Source of the DNA: Octopus sinensis
Taxonomy: Eukaryota
Reading direction: 5' to 3'
DNA length: 64,000 bases
NCBI RefSeq assembly: GCF_006345805.1
Contig: NC_043007.1
Location: forward strand, 68,820,001-68,884,000
The position numbers and the translations under genes are program-made. Below are positions 41,047-53,696 of the stretch, one piece after another. The notes below the pieces were generated by a model. It was not told where the DNA came from. It searched no databases and worked only from the letters and a program-made list of their open reading frames with translations. Positions within the stretch are counted from its first letter, which is position 1, and each line of letters begins with the position of its first letter.

Positions 41047-41170
41047 CTTTTGATATCACAGCAACATTTAATGGGGCAATTTGGCGAGGTGGTTTGAATG
41101 TATGGCAAAATCTTAGCGGTGATTCTCCTGACTCTCTGATTTCAAATATGTCTTTCTATGTTTGTGGAAG
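41047..41170 (+). CDS. Candidate internal exon (FDITATFNGAIWRGGLNVWQNLSGDSPDSLISNMSFYVCG)
   Basis: Acceptor TTATTTTACAG|, donor AG|GTATGA, 124 nt inside non-repetitive ORF 40920..41339; family not recognised. Confidence 0.35.
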
Positions 41171-41194
41171 GTATGAAATTTTAGAAGAGAGGCT

Positions 41195-41360
41195 TGTCGA
41201 TTTTATCGACCCCACCGTTCAACTGGTACTCACTTTATCGATCCAGAAAGGAGAGAAATTGAAGTTGACCTCGGCGAAATTTGAACTGAAAACGCGAAGC
41301 CAGAGGAAATGTTACAAAGCATTTTGTCCGGCCTGCTAACGATTCTGCCAGCTCACCGAT
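41195..41360 (-). mobile_element. Family-B SINE; others at about 15945-16030, 28241-28340, 28990-29065, 46340-46430, 51520-51700, 56000-56210
   Basis: Reverse complement of the family-B head and body. Confidence 0.75.
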
Positions 41361-41983
41361 TTACCTGAATTCAAATATTAATTTGGTCAGCAGCATTGCC
41401 CTCCTTCTTTCTGGGGCCAGATAACATAAATTTCAAGTGTATTGTGATGGATTAAGTGAATATAAATTGTTTGAGCGTTGACTTGATGACTTTCAGTTTT
41501 TTTTCTTCTTTTGGCCTTTTACGTTCTGTAGCTTACTAGGGTAGTAGATTTAACCTTGTAAGGGCACACGACCGGATGGTTTGGTTGTTGCACTCACGAT
41601 AGCGAGATCGTAGGTTCAATTCTCGGACCAGGTAGTGCTGTGTACTCTTGAGCAAAACATTGCTCCTTGATCCACTCGTGGGATTTCACCTAGCGAGTAT
41701 ATGTTATTTTACTTGCTAAATTAAATCAGAAACCAATTGGTCCAGGAAACTAGATGGCAAAATGATTTTATTTTTTCATTTCGTCCCTGTCGAATTTTAT
41801 TCCTAATTTTGTGGTTATAGAACCTAGCTGTTCTTTCTAGCGTGTCGAATCCCACGAGTGGATTCCTTATGTGTTTAAATGTACACCGTATTTTATGACT
41901 AATACATAGTTTTTGGACTAAATTTTTACACATTAGGCCTCTGGAAATGAAAATTTTAATTAATTTCATTTTCCTTTGATATG

Positions 41984-42064
<81 letters not shown>

Positions 42065-42665
42065 TATAAGGCGGGGATTCGCGCACCTGGGTGTCTATAA
42101 CTGACTAATGAAGATATGTGTTTCGACCTTTTGCGGCCAGTCTCTGTACTCTAATTTATGTAGCATGCAGTATTTCAGTCACATTTGACTGAAAACCGCA
42201 TTGTGCGTATTTTTATGGGTTAATTCCTGCCTTTTGAGGACTCCTTCAAAGTGCAACTTAAATCGTGACAGCTGAAGGAAATAAAATCATTTCACGATAT
42301 ATTAGAACTACAGCAAGGGAAGGGAAATATATCTTCTAATAATCACGAATTGATTAAACTTCGAAAAATATTTAAAAAATGATTATATATTTTAAGAGTA
42401 TATTCATTACATACCTACAGACGTACTTTCATGTACGTACGTACGTCACACACGCCAAACATGCATACATACAAATATATATGTATGCATGTGTGTATAT
42501 ATATCTTTTCATGTACGATAAATTTACATGTGTATGTTCTCACATATATAACACACACACTGACAAATACACACTGCCACAAACACACACACACACACCA
42601 CACACACACAGAGGTATGTCTGCATATACATCTGTATATCTGTGTGTATGTGTGTACACAGTGAA

Positions 42666-42978
42666 GGCGCATGTCTCAGTGGTTTCAGCATCGGTCTTCC
42701 TATCTTGATGTTGAGAGTTCGATTAGCGGACCGGGTTGTGAGTTGTGTTCTTGAGCAAGTCACTTTATTTTACATTGCTCCAGTTCACTCAGCTGTAGAA
42801 ACGAGTTGCGACGTCACTGGTGCCAAACTGTATCTTTGCCTTTCCTTTGGACGACAGCGGTTGTTTGGAGATGGGAAACTGGTATGCATGGGCGGCGGCT
42901 GCTTCTCTTCCACAAACTTATCCAGACTTGTGCCTCGGATTGGGATTGTCTAGGTGCAATCATAAGGTCAATCGTTAT
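42666..42978 (+). mobile_element. tRNA-derived SINE (family D)
   Basis: GGCGCATGTCTCAGTGG head, GTTCGATT B-box, body GTTCACTCAGCTGTAGAAA.GAGTTGCGACGTCACTGGTGCC shared with 29422-29665. Confidence 0.8.
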
Positions 42979-42998
42979 CGAAAGGCTCTTATATGCGA

Positions 42999-43029
<31 letters not shown>

Positions 43030-43047
<18 letters not shown>

Positions 43048-44619
43048 CGTATATATATATATATATATATAATATATATATTATATATATATTTAATGTC
43101 AAAACACTAGCACGCTATCTTAAAGGTAGCTAGGAGCGTTGCTATAAGATTTTCTCACGAGCATGTAAAATAACTTGAAATTGATTAATTTACTTGGGAG
43201 AGCTGCTTAACCTGAATATATGCTATTCCTTCTTTTGAACCAAACGTAATGTTTAACATTAGATTTAAGAATGTAATACATGTGACTATTTAGAAAAAAG
43301 AAATTCCCTCAATTATACCTCAAAGCGAAGCTAATTAACCGACAGAATGCAACAATAAAAATGTAGGGGGAAAAAATTAAACCGAATACTATTGACAGAT
43401 CAAAAAAGCAAAGATATTCTAGATTCTATGGTAAATTGAAAAGAACTAAAACATCAAATAATTGAAAGGTTCTTTAACATAAAAAAACCTATGTTGAAAG
43501 AAAGGCATTACAAGTTAGAAATATGAAGTCAGAACAGAAAAAAGAATTGTACGGAAATTTTACGTTGCTTGGAAAATGTTACTAAATAAAAATAATGATG
43601 AAATAAAGCGAAAAATTGCCTAGGAACCATGTAGTTCTTTCTAGGGTGAGTGGTGGATCACCATCGTTTGTTGATGAGGATTCACGTGTTCAATTACTGA
43701 ATTATTTTTTCCTGAACTAGCATGTAAATAGCTGAGCATTCTACATACACATGTACCCTTAATGTAATTTTCTCGGGTAGAATCAGCATAGCAGAAGTTT
43801 TAGAAGGGCATACCATTTGAATTACAAACAAAATTCGCTCAACTCGATTCAGTTCAGTTTCCATCTACCCAGTTTCGTTCACAAAGAATGGTTCAGCTCG
43901 CGATTCTGGAAAATTTTGCTTGCTCAGGTTATTAGGCAGAAGGATCGAACTTCGAGGTTGCGAATCGAATTTCTTAACTATTCGTCCATACTGCGCCTCC
44001 ATATACACAGGGGATGCGAAGGGTATTGTAGATTACATAATCAGTATGTTACTCTTTTCAAACCATTTAAAAGGTTTTTTTCTACATGAAAAATAAGATA
44101 CTAACAGAAGATATGTAAATACATGCAATCATTCTTATCATAGCCAACTTTCTATTGCGCTGGAGACAAACTACAAGTGGGTAAAGTAGAAAATGATAAT
44201 TGGAAAAGTACATCAGAAAGTGATATGTAGGAAGAACAGCAGTTGAGCGTCAAAGAGCGTGAAAAAGACATATAAAAGGGACGGGGATATTGAATGTATA
44301 CATGTATGAGTATATATACTGAGAGATAGATATTCACAGTTACATAAAAATGCATACATACATTTGCAATACCCTTAGAATACAGTTATTTGAAGTATTC
44401 ACCACATATCTATAGTGCATATTTAGAATAAATTGCGAAAATGCGCAGGCATGGCTGTGTGGTAAGAAGCTTGCTTCATCATCACATGGTCATATGTTCA
44501 GTCTCACTACGCAGTAGCTTGATTAAGTGGCTATATTATAACCCCGAGCCGACCAAATCATTTTGTGTGAATTTGGCAGATAGAAACTGAAAGAAGTAAA
44601 TCATGTGTGTGGGTGGGTG

Positions 44620-44702
<83 letters not shown>

Positions 44703-44703
44703 C

Positions 44704-44748
<45 letters not shown>

Positions 44749-46271
44749 ATGTCAAAACACTAGCACGCTATCTTAAGGTAGCTAGGAGCGTTGCTATAAG
44801 ATTTTCTCACGAGCATGTAAAATAACTTGAAATTGATTAATTTACTTGGGAGAGCTGCTTAACCTGAATATATGCTATTCCTTCTTTTGAACCAAACGTA
44901 ACGTTTAACATTAGATTTAAGAATGTAATACATGTGACTATTTAGAAAAAAGAAATTCCCTCAATTATACCTCAAAGCGAAGCTAATTAACCGACAGAAT
45001 GCAACAATAAAAATGTAGGGGGAAAAAATTAAACCGAATACTATTGACAGATCAAAAAAGCAAAGATATTCTAGATTCTATGGTAAATTGAAAAGAACTA
45101 AAACATCAAATAATTGAAAGGTTCTTTAACATAAAAAAACCTATGTTGAAAGAAAGGCATTACAAGTTAGAAATATGAAGTCAGAACAGAAAAAAGAATT
45201 GTACGGAAATTTTACGTTGCTTGGAAAATGTTACTAAATAAAAATAATGATGAAATAAAGCGAAAAATTGCCTAAGGAACCATGTAGTTCTTTCTAGGGT
45301 GAGTGGTGGATCACCATCGTTTGTTGATGAGGATTCACGTGTTCAATTTACTGAATTATTTTTTCCTGAACTAGCATGTAAATAGCTGAGCATTCTACAT
45401 ACACACGTACCCTTAATGTAATTTTCTCGGGTAGAATCAGCATAGCAGAAGTTTTAGAAGGGCATACCATTTGAATTACAAACAAAATTCGCTCAACTCG
45501 ATTCAGTTCAGTTTCCATCTACCCAGTTTCGTTCACAAAGAATGGTTCAGCTCGCGATTCTGGAAAATTTTGCTTGCTCAGGTTATTAGGCAGAAGGATC
45601 GAACTTCGAGGTTGCGAATCGAATTTCTTAACTATTCGTCCATACTGCGCCTCCATATACACAGGGGATGCGAAGGGTATTGTAGATTACTAATCAGTAT
45701 GTTACTCTTTTCAAACCATTTAAAAGGTTTTTTCTACATGAAAAATAAGATACTAACAGAAGATATGTAAATACATGCAATCATTCTTATCATAGCCACT
45801 TTCTATTGCGCTGGAGACAAACTACAAGTGGGTAAAGTAGAAAATGATAATTGGAAAAGTACATCAGAAAGTGATATGTAGGAAGAACAGCAGTTGAGCG
45901 TCAAAGAGCGTGAAAAAGACATATAAAAGGGACGGGGATATTGAATGTATACATGTATGAGTATATATACTGAGAGATAGATATTCACAGTTACATAAAA
46001 ATGCATACATACATTTGCAATACCCTTAGAATACAGTTATTTGAAGTATTCACCACATATCTATAGTGCATATTTAGAATAAATTGCGAAAATGCGCAGG
46101 CATGGCTGTGTGGTAAGAAGCTTGCTTCATCATCACATGGTCATATGTTCAGTCTCACTACGCAGTAGCTTGATTAAGTGGCTTATATTATAACCCCGAG
46201 CCGACCAAATCATTTTGTGTGAATTTGGCAGATAGAAACTGAAAGAAGTAAATCATGTGTGTGGGTGGGTG

Positions 46272-46300
<29 letters not shown>
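43030..46300. repeat. Near-identical tandem duplication, period ~1653 bp
   Basis: AATGTCAAAACAC at 43095 and 44748; duplicated ORFs 43817/45471 and 44152/45803; boundaries lie in (TG)n(TA)n. Confidence 0.95.
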
Positions 46301-46310
<10 letters not shown>

Positions 46311-46429
46311 TTTTGTCTATGCGTATATAATGGTTGTGGTGGCGATATTAGCGTTAGTAACTGTTTATACATTCCGAGTTCAAATGCCGCTGATGTCAAC
46401 TTTGACTTTTGTCCTTTCGGGGCGATAGC

Positions 46430-46870
46430 AGAGATAGTCCTATTATACTTGACTGTGGTTACGATGGTATCGGCGGTGGTTATGGTAGTGGTAGTGGTGT
46501 TAGTGATAGTGGCAGTTATGTAATTGGTGAGAGTGATAGTGGTTCTACCGGAGGTAGTAGCGGTGGTGGTCGGCGTGGTTGTGGTAGACCGAGAGGTAGT
46601 AGTGACTCTAGTGATAATTCCACTTACGATGTTGGTGGTGTTTATGACGGTAGTAGTGGTTGAAGTTACGATGGTAGGAGTTGTTGCAGAGTTAGAGATA
46701 ATGAGTGACTGCTGAGATACTACTGTTAGTATCAGTGGTGGTGGTGGTGACGGTGGTGGTGATGGTAATTGTGTAGGCGGGTTTGGTAAAGATGATTGAC
46801 ATGATACAGCTGATGAATGCTATTTGTTCGTGGTTAGTGGTTGGTGGTTGTAGTAGTTGTCATTGTGATG
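46430..46870. repeat. Degenerate (GGT/GTA/GAT)n low-complexity tract
   Basis: Direct inspection. Confidence 0.8.
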
Positions 46871-47030
46871 ATAGGTGATAATTGTTGTGATTGCTGACTT
46901 AACTTGTTGAGTGAATGCATCGAAAAATTGGAATGCTGGTGGTGGTAATAATGGATAAAGAGGGTTGTGAAGCAAGCTTTGGCTGCCATTTGGATGACGA
47001 CGACAGCGTGTGGCATTAATTTATTGATTG

Positions 47031-47074
<44 letters not shown>

Positions 47075-47519
47075 TTCTCTTTCTCTGTTTTACTTTCTCT
47101 CTTTCTCGCCACAAAAAGAGAGAAAAAAACAACAAGGCAACAGCATAAGTAATAGAACTATGATACAAGAACTAAATATACTTCAAATTAAATACGGTAT
47201 ACAAGGTAACAAATTGCAAACACCTCTGCATTTGTCAATATTTCAACGTTCATAGACACGTCTTTAGAAGGCTGAATATAAACGGAAAGATATCTCACGT
47301 TCTAACTTCCTATTTCAGAATTTTTTTTTTTTTTTTTTGTGCCGAAAAGCAGAAAATAGACTTCGTACACCGCATGTGCTAAATCTGAGAACGCTTGTTT
47401 CCAGTTGATATATATATATATATATATTAATAGTAATGGTAAGATAAAAAAAGTATGAAAGAGACCTCGATATTATGTAAATAGAGGAATTTATCTGTAA
47501 TATAACATGTGACAATTAT

Positions 47520-47639
47520 TCGGTTGTCATAATAAGACTCTGAGTTTCGGATGTCACGGTGGAAACCTGCTCCGGCATCTCTTCAAGATATTTCGATTGC
47601 CCCGACATACGAAACTCGGGGTCTTATTATGGCAACCGA
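47520..47639. repeat. 36-bp imperfect inverted repeat around a hammerhead-like fragment
   Basis: 47520-47555 vs 47604-47639 (4 mismatches). Confidence 0.8.
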
Positions 47640-47794
47640 ACAATTGCCAGTTATTATATTACACACACATACACTCATATTATATATTATATATACACAC
47701 ACACACATATACATAGTATCTTTAATCTTTTTTGTTTTTTGTTTCTGTCTAATTACTGAAACAAATAAAAGATAAAAGATAATATGTGGATGAA

Positions 47795-48176
47795 TTGAAG
47801 CACTCCGTCGGTTACGACGATGAGGGTTCCGGTTGATCCGAATCAACGGAACAGCCTGCTCGTGAAATTAACGTGTAAGTGGCTGAGCACTCCACAGACA
47901 CGTGCACCCTTAACGTCTTCGGGGATATTCAGCGTGACACAGAGAGTGACAAGGCCGGCCCCTTGAAATACAGGTACAACAGAAACAGGAAGTAAGAGTG
48001 AGAGAAAGTTGTGGTGAAAGAGTACAGCAGGGATCACCACCATCCCCTGCCGGAGCCTCGTGGAGCTTTAGGTGTTTTCGCTCAATAAACACTCACAACG
48101 CCCGGTCTGGGAATCGAAACCGCGATCCTATGACCGCGAGTTCGCTACCCTAACCACTGGGCCATTGCGCCTCCAC
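47795..48176 (-). mobile_element. Apparently full-length tRNA-derived SINE (family E)
   Basis: Minus-strand head GTGGAGGCGCAATGGCCCAGTGG (A box 48154-48164) and GGTTTCGATTCCC (B box 48109-48121). Confidence 0.88.
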
Positions 48177-48186
48177 TAATATATAG

Positions 48187-48316
<130 letters not shown>

Positions 48317-48373
48317 GGCGATAACTATTATATATATATTATATATGGCGATAACTATTAGTATGGCGATAAC

Positions 48374-48411
<38 letters not shown>

Positions 48412-48554
48412 GTTATCGCCATACTAATATGCCATTTATATAAAATAAAAGCTGTCCGCTTATTAGCTCCATGAGGCCATCGCCTTAAGTTAGCTATTTG
48501 ATACACAAACTGTATCCATATAACCTTCGAACAAGGGAGGTCAGTCGCTCCACA

Positions 48555-48626
48555 CTACTTGACCGACAGCTACAGACGCGTTTCGGGGTATTGCCCCTTT
48601 TCAATGTAGCGTAGTCAGACCAGTAG
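48555..48626 (-). ncRNA. Type I hammerhead motif, U3-A8 core variant
   Basis: Minus strand: GCTACA TTGAAAA GGGG-CAATA-CCCC GAAAC GC GTC TGTAGC (48569-48610). Stem I extends via TGAC/GTCA and CTACT/AGTAG; stem III palindrome ACGCGT. Confidence 0.7.
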
Positions 48627-49154
48627 GTGTCGCTTCCGACAATCTCTGTTCGAAGGTTTTATTTACCTAGTTTCGGTGGAATACATCCACTTGTTTTCAA
48701 TAATAGAAATATTAAAATTACTAAGTCTCTCTAAAAGAGAACACGGCAGCGTTCCCGGAAAATAATAGTTATCGCCATACTAATATGGCATTCTTATAAA
48801 AATAAGAATAAAGCTGTCCGCTTATTAGCTACATGAAAAGGGGCAATACCCAGAGTTCAGCCATGGGCTCCTAAGGCGCATCTTCGTTCGAATGCTGCCT
48901 CTGTTTTGTTTTGTCCTGTCAACGGAATTCCTGTTTTTTCCTGAGAGAAAGCCGCAATATGGTACCCTTATTAAACAGAATTTGGAAATTGCGGCCTTCG
49001 AAACATGGTAGAAGTAATAAAAGGTATTCTGTACAATCTTCGTTCAACTCCATTTATTCCATTTACTAATAATATATATATATATAATATATATGGCGAT
49101 AACTATTATATTATATATTAAATGGCGATTAACTATTAGTATGGCGATAACTAT

Positions 49155-49186
<32 letters not shown>

Positions 49187-49714
49187 ATATATATATAGTT
49201 ATCGCCATAATAATATGCCATTCTTATAAAAATAAGAATAAAGCTGTCCGCTTATTAGCTCCATGAGGCCATCGCCTTAAGTAGCTATTGATACACAAAG
49301 TATCCATATAACCTTCGAACAAGGGAGGTCAGTCGCTCCACACTACTTGACCGACAGCTACAGACGGTTCGGGTATTGCCCCTTTTCAATGTAGCGTAGT
49401 CAGACCACCAGTAGGTGTCGCTTCCGACAATCTCTGTTCGAAGGTTTTATTTACCTAGTTTCGGTGGAATACATCCACTTGTTTTCAATAATAGAAATAT
49501 TAAAATTACTAAGTCTCTCTAAAAGAGAACACGGCAGCGTTCCCGGAAAATAATAGTTATCGCCATACTAATATGGCATTCTTATAAAAATAAGAATAAA
49601 GCTGTCCGCTTATTAGCTACATGAAAAGGGGCAATACCCAGAGTTCAGCCATGGGCTCCTAAGGCGCATCTTCGTTCGAATGCTGTGCCTCTGTTTTGTT
49701 TTGTCCTGTCAACG

Positions 49715-49825
49715 GAATTCCTGTTTTTTTCCTGAAGAGAAAGCCGCAATATGGTACCCTTATTTAAACAGAATTTGGAAATTTGCGGCCTTCGAAACAT
49801 GTGTAGAATGTAATAAAAGGTATTC
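49715..49825 (+). ncRNA. Type I hammerhead motif, canonical core
   Basis: TTC CTGAAGA (49732-49738); stem II GAAAGCCGCAA/TTGCGGCCTTC (10 of 11 pairs); GAAAC-ATGT-GTA then GAA; stem I extended by TTTT/AAAA and GAATTCC/GGTATTC; predicted cleavage after 49805. Confidence 0.65.
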
Positions 49826-49887
49826 TGTACAATCTTCGTTAACTCCATTTATTCCATTTACTAATAATATAATATATATATATATAT

Positions 49888-49938
<51 letters not shown>

Positions 49939-49939
49939 C

Positions 49940-50345
49940 AATAATAATCCTTGGATGGAATTTATAAATAATCTAATGGATCGCTACGCGCGTTTCCACA
50001 AATCACATGATTCTTATTCCTGTATTCCTGGGATGATTACAGCGCAGTCCGTAGTATCCATGAACATCGGGTAGATCATATTCATGTACTCACTTCTTCA
50101 GGCGAAATAGCATTAATGGATGTTTAACTGAGGGTTGTTTACCACTTTTGACAAATGAGAAGTTTGAGTGGGGGATGTGGTCATTTCTGTGTGTATTTGG
50201 GGATGGGATGGGATGGGTGGAAGGAAATAGAAAGAGAGGAATGAACAGTAGTTATAAGGAGATTGAGGTGTGTGTGGTGATGTGGGATATATTTTGCTAT
50301 TTGAGTATGCAGCTGTCGGGGTGGATAGTTTGGTTCTTTTGCTTG
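49940..50345 (-). mobile_element. 3' end of a second Penelope-like element
   Basis: Composition and layout like 34100-34560, with a hammerhead motif at the same relative position. Confidence 0.45.
49981..50105 (-). ncRNA. Type I hammerhead motif with ~100-nt stem II region
   Basis: Minus strand: TCGC CTGAAGA A GTGAG TACATGA ... TCATGTG ATTTGTG GAAAC GCGC GTA GCGA. The base of stem II is mostly G-U wobble pairs and lacks G10.1-C11.1. Confidence 0.55.
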
Positions 50346-50409
50346 ACCTTATTCACAGCAGAAGTAATCGGGCCAACAGATACAGACACTAAAACCATCC
50401 AGTTGCTGG

Positions 50410-50925
50410 AGGTCATTGTCTGAGTTAACAAAGTGTTACTCATATAGCCAATGAATGTATCATGCTGGCACAGGAAGAATACAAAGAATACAAAAGAAAG
50501 ACATGACAACCTAAGGAGAATAATCTATTGGGAGTTGTGTAGAAAGCTAGGATTTGACCATACAAATAAATGGTATGAACATGAACATACTGAAGGCATA
50601 GGAATTAAGTAATATAAGATGTTGTGGTATTTTAACATCCAGACTGACAGAGTAATAAAACCTTGCAGGCCTGATTTTGTAGTAGCAGACAAAGAGAACA
50701 GAAAGTGCCAGATAATTGACTTTACAGTCCCCAATGATGAAAATGTCAACATGAGAGGTATAGAGAAAATAGCAGAGTACCAGGACCTAGCCATTGAGCT
50801 ACATAGGCTATGGAAAGTGCAGGTAAAACATATCCCAGTAATTATAGGTGGATTAAGAACTATCCCTGGAGATTTGAACAGATTGATAGAGGAAATGGGG
50901 ATAAAAATTAGTCTACTGTAGCTCC
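50410..50925 (+). mobile_element. R4/Dong-type RLE endonuclease domain fragment
   Basis: RHDNL..WYEHE..LWYFNIQTDRVIKPCRPDFVVADKENRKCQIIDFTVPND..EKIAEYQDL..LWK..IPVIIG. Confidence 0.9.
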
Positions 50926-50999
50926 AAGTGTTATGAGGATATTTAAGAGAGCTCTTGGTAGCCAGATGTTAGGAATTCTTCTTGTCCAGCAATTTAATA

Positions 51000-51515
51000 T
51001 GTTGTGCGTTACCGAGAATGAAGACTGGTATGACCAAATCCCAGGAGGTATTACCGAGAATGAAAACTGGTATGACCAAATCCCTGGAGGTATTACCGAA
51101 AATGAAGACTGTTATGACCAAATCCCAGGTGTTATCGAGAATAAAGTCTACAAAATCTTGTTGGTTGCAATGATTAAATGTAATCAAATGTTGGAAACCT
51201 GACAGTGCTGTGGTGAACAATAAAGAAAAACTTGTATGATAATTGGCAAAGTATATCCCGGTAACAACAGTATCAAAGGAAAAGATGAAAAACGGAACAT
51301 CTATGGCAATTTGAATTGGAAAATATGCAGGTTATGGGCAATGAAGAGAGTGGACGTGATGTCCGCAGTAATTGGCGCGCCTGGAAGTATCCGCGCTCAG
51401 CTACCAACATGACTCAAAAATATTGGTGGAAAGGTAAAGATAGTACACAAGTGTCACCTTAGCGTGCTGACTGTGGACAGCTGACACTTTCCAAAATGAT
51501 AATAATAATAATCCT
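51000..51515 (+). mobile_element. Second, more decayed RLE domain with a 3 x 42-bp internal repeat; ends in (AAT)n
   Basis: Units at 51009, 51051 and 51093 encode ENEDWYDQIPGGIT; then PDSAVVN..YGNL..LWAM..AVIGAPG. Confidence 0.75.
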
Positions 51516-51769
51516 TTCAATAATAGGCACGAGGCCTGAAATATTTGGGGAGGGGATTATTCAATTACATCAATCCCAGAATTTCACTGGTACTTAATTT
51601 ATCGATCCCGAAACGATGGAAGGCAAAGTCGACCTCAGAACATGATGACAGGCGAAATTCGGCTCAGTATCTTGCCCGGTGTGCTGAAGTGTTCACTATA
51701 TAGATACACTCATACAAACGTACATGTATTACACACACACACACACGCACACACACACCACACACACAC

Positions 51770-51830
<61 letters not shown>

Positions 51831-51834
51831 TATA

Positions 51835-53688
51835 TCAGATGTCTGTCTGTTTGTGTGAGTATGTATTTCCTCTTTACGAATTTCTACATTTTTCAAACAA
51901 TTTCTCTGAAACTTGACACACTGATAACTTATGATTTACATGATTTACATGATTTACTTTATATTTTCCAGACACCCCACATCAGAAAACCTGTTTTTTA
52001 CCCTGGTTTTTTGAGCGGTTTCCTCTAAACTTGACACAAACATTACTCATGACATAAGAATTGTTTCGCTTGAAATTTTGTCATGGTCATCCACGTTAAT
52101 TTTGAAAAATCCGCGAATAACTGCGTAAAAATCGGGGGGGGGGGGGGTTGCCAATAACTTCCGCAATTCTAATCGATTCGCTCCAAATTTGGCACAAACA
52201 TTACTCATGCTTTAAGAATCGTTTTAAACTTATCTTTTTATCAAGTCAATTCGCGTTGAATGGGAAAAGTCTGCAAATAAGTTCGTAAAATTCGATTTTT
52301 GTCCAACAACTTCGGCAGTTTCAAAATCGATTCCCTCCAAATTTGGCAAGAATATTACCCACGCTTAATTGACTATTTTAAACTAATGTTTTGTCAAGTT
52401 TATTCGCATTGAATTTGCAAATTGCTGGATTAAACTTGAATTTTTGCTTACAACTTCTGCCATTTACTCACGCGCCAAGGACTGTGGGGCAGTTTTACCT
52501 CGCTGACTTGATCTGTGTACATTAGTGTTTATTTAACCCCACTTATTATCGCCTACGGTCATGATACCCCTCCCCCCACTTCAGTACAAATTTTCTTTAA
52601 TTACCCTCCGCTCATTGTGTGATAGGACGGGGTAATTTACGAGCATGACCTTTGACATGAGGGCGTGAATACTATTAATGCGCACCCCCATTTTTGATCT
52701 CTCCCACTTCAATCATCTTATTTGGTGTGAATGACTGCTATTACCTCAGTGTTTATTCACTTCACCTCCTCCTCCATTATCTCTGACCATCCTAATGCCC
52801 CCTTTTCACCACCATTTTCCTTACTGACATAATGTCAATGCTCTGCCAATAAGGGTGAACTGTGAACGTAACCTTTGGCCTATGCGTGTTAACTCTATTG
52901 ATTGCCCACTGTAATGAGCCCGTCCAGTTATTTCTGTGACTGAATTTTATTGGTGGAACACTCTTCACCTGATCAAGCCAGTATCAAATCGTAATTATTG
53001 ATGCGCGTTTGTGCATATCTGATACGCGCTTCGGCTTACAGTTTAGGCCTACCATTTGACGTATATTATTTTTTTAGAACTCGCAATTTAAACAGAGTCC
53101 AATACTACCGCCATGCCACATTAGAAAAGGACGCGCCTTGGTCGTAAAACAGAGTCTGCTTCGGTTGCCAAAAGAAGGAGGGTGAGCCATGTTGTAGGCA
53201 CTTTATGCGCCAACTGCTTTCAAATTCGTGAAACCATATTTCTTTTCCTTTGTACAACCTAGATTTGTCATCTGTTTTCGCAGTTTCACATCTCACAGCA
53301 ACAGTACTGTTGCTTTCGCTGTAAACGAAAAAAGCCTCTTTTCAGGGCCACTTTACATACAATTGTTACCCCACCTGAAAATGTATCACAGCTCTTTTCA
53401 GAGCTTCTTATCAAATTGTTACCACTGTGAGAACGAAAGAAGCGCCCTTTTCAGGGCTACTTCACCCGTGATCGTTGCACTGTCTGAAAACGTATTACAG
53501 CCCTTCACAGGACTTCGTATCAAACTATTACTGCTTGGCTTCCACGGTACTCGGCGACCAATTTTGTTACAATTTGCAACAATTTTGTTACAATTTTGCG
53601 TTAACGTAATATATTACAAAAGAAATTTTCTAAGTATTAAAAACATTGTAGTATTTTAATCCCGAGCAACGCCGGGTACTTCTGCTGG
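51835..53688 (+). mobile_element. Long non-autonomous Helitron-like element
   Basis: 3' hairpin CCCGAGCAACGCCGGG at 53661-53676 followed by CTGG (degenerate CTAG); degenerate internal sub-repeats at 51900-52350. The 5' end is uncertain. Confidence 0.65.
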
Positions 53689-53696
53689 TATATATA

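Noticed and set aside
48100-48176. tRNA gene
   Set aside because: A and B boxes run into a SINE body with no acceptor-stem closure; the same holds for the other SINE heads.
51009-51134. CRISPR-like regular repeats
   Set aside because: The units are contiguous with no spacers; this is an internal duplication in a LINE, in eukaryotic DNA.
53100-53540. Possible captured gene fragment in the long Helitron (degenerate ~110-bp duplication)
   Set aside because: Frames are interrupted by stops and no domain could be supported.
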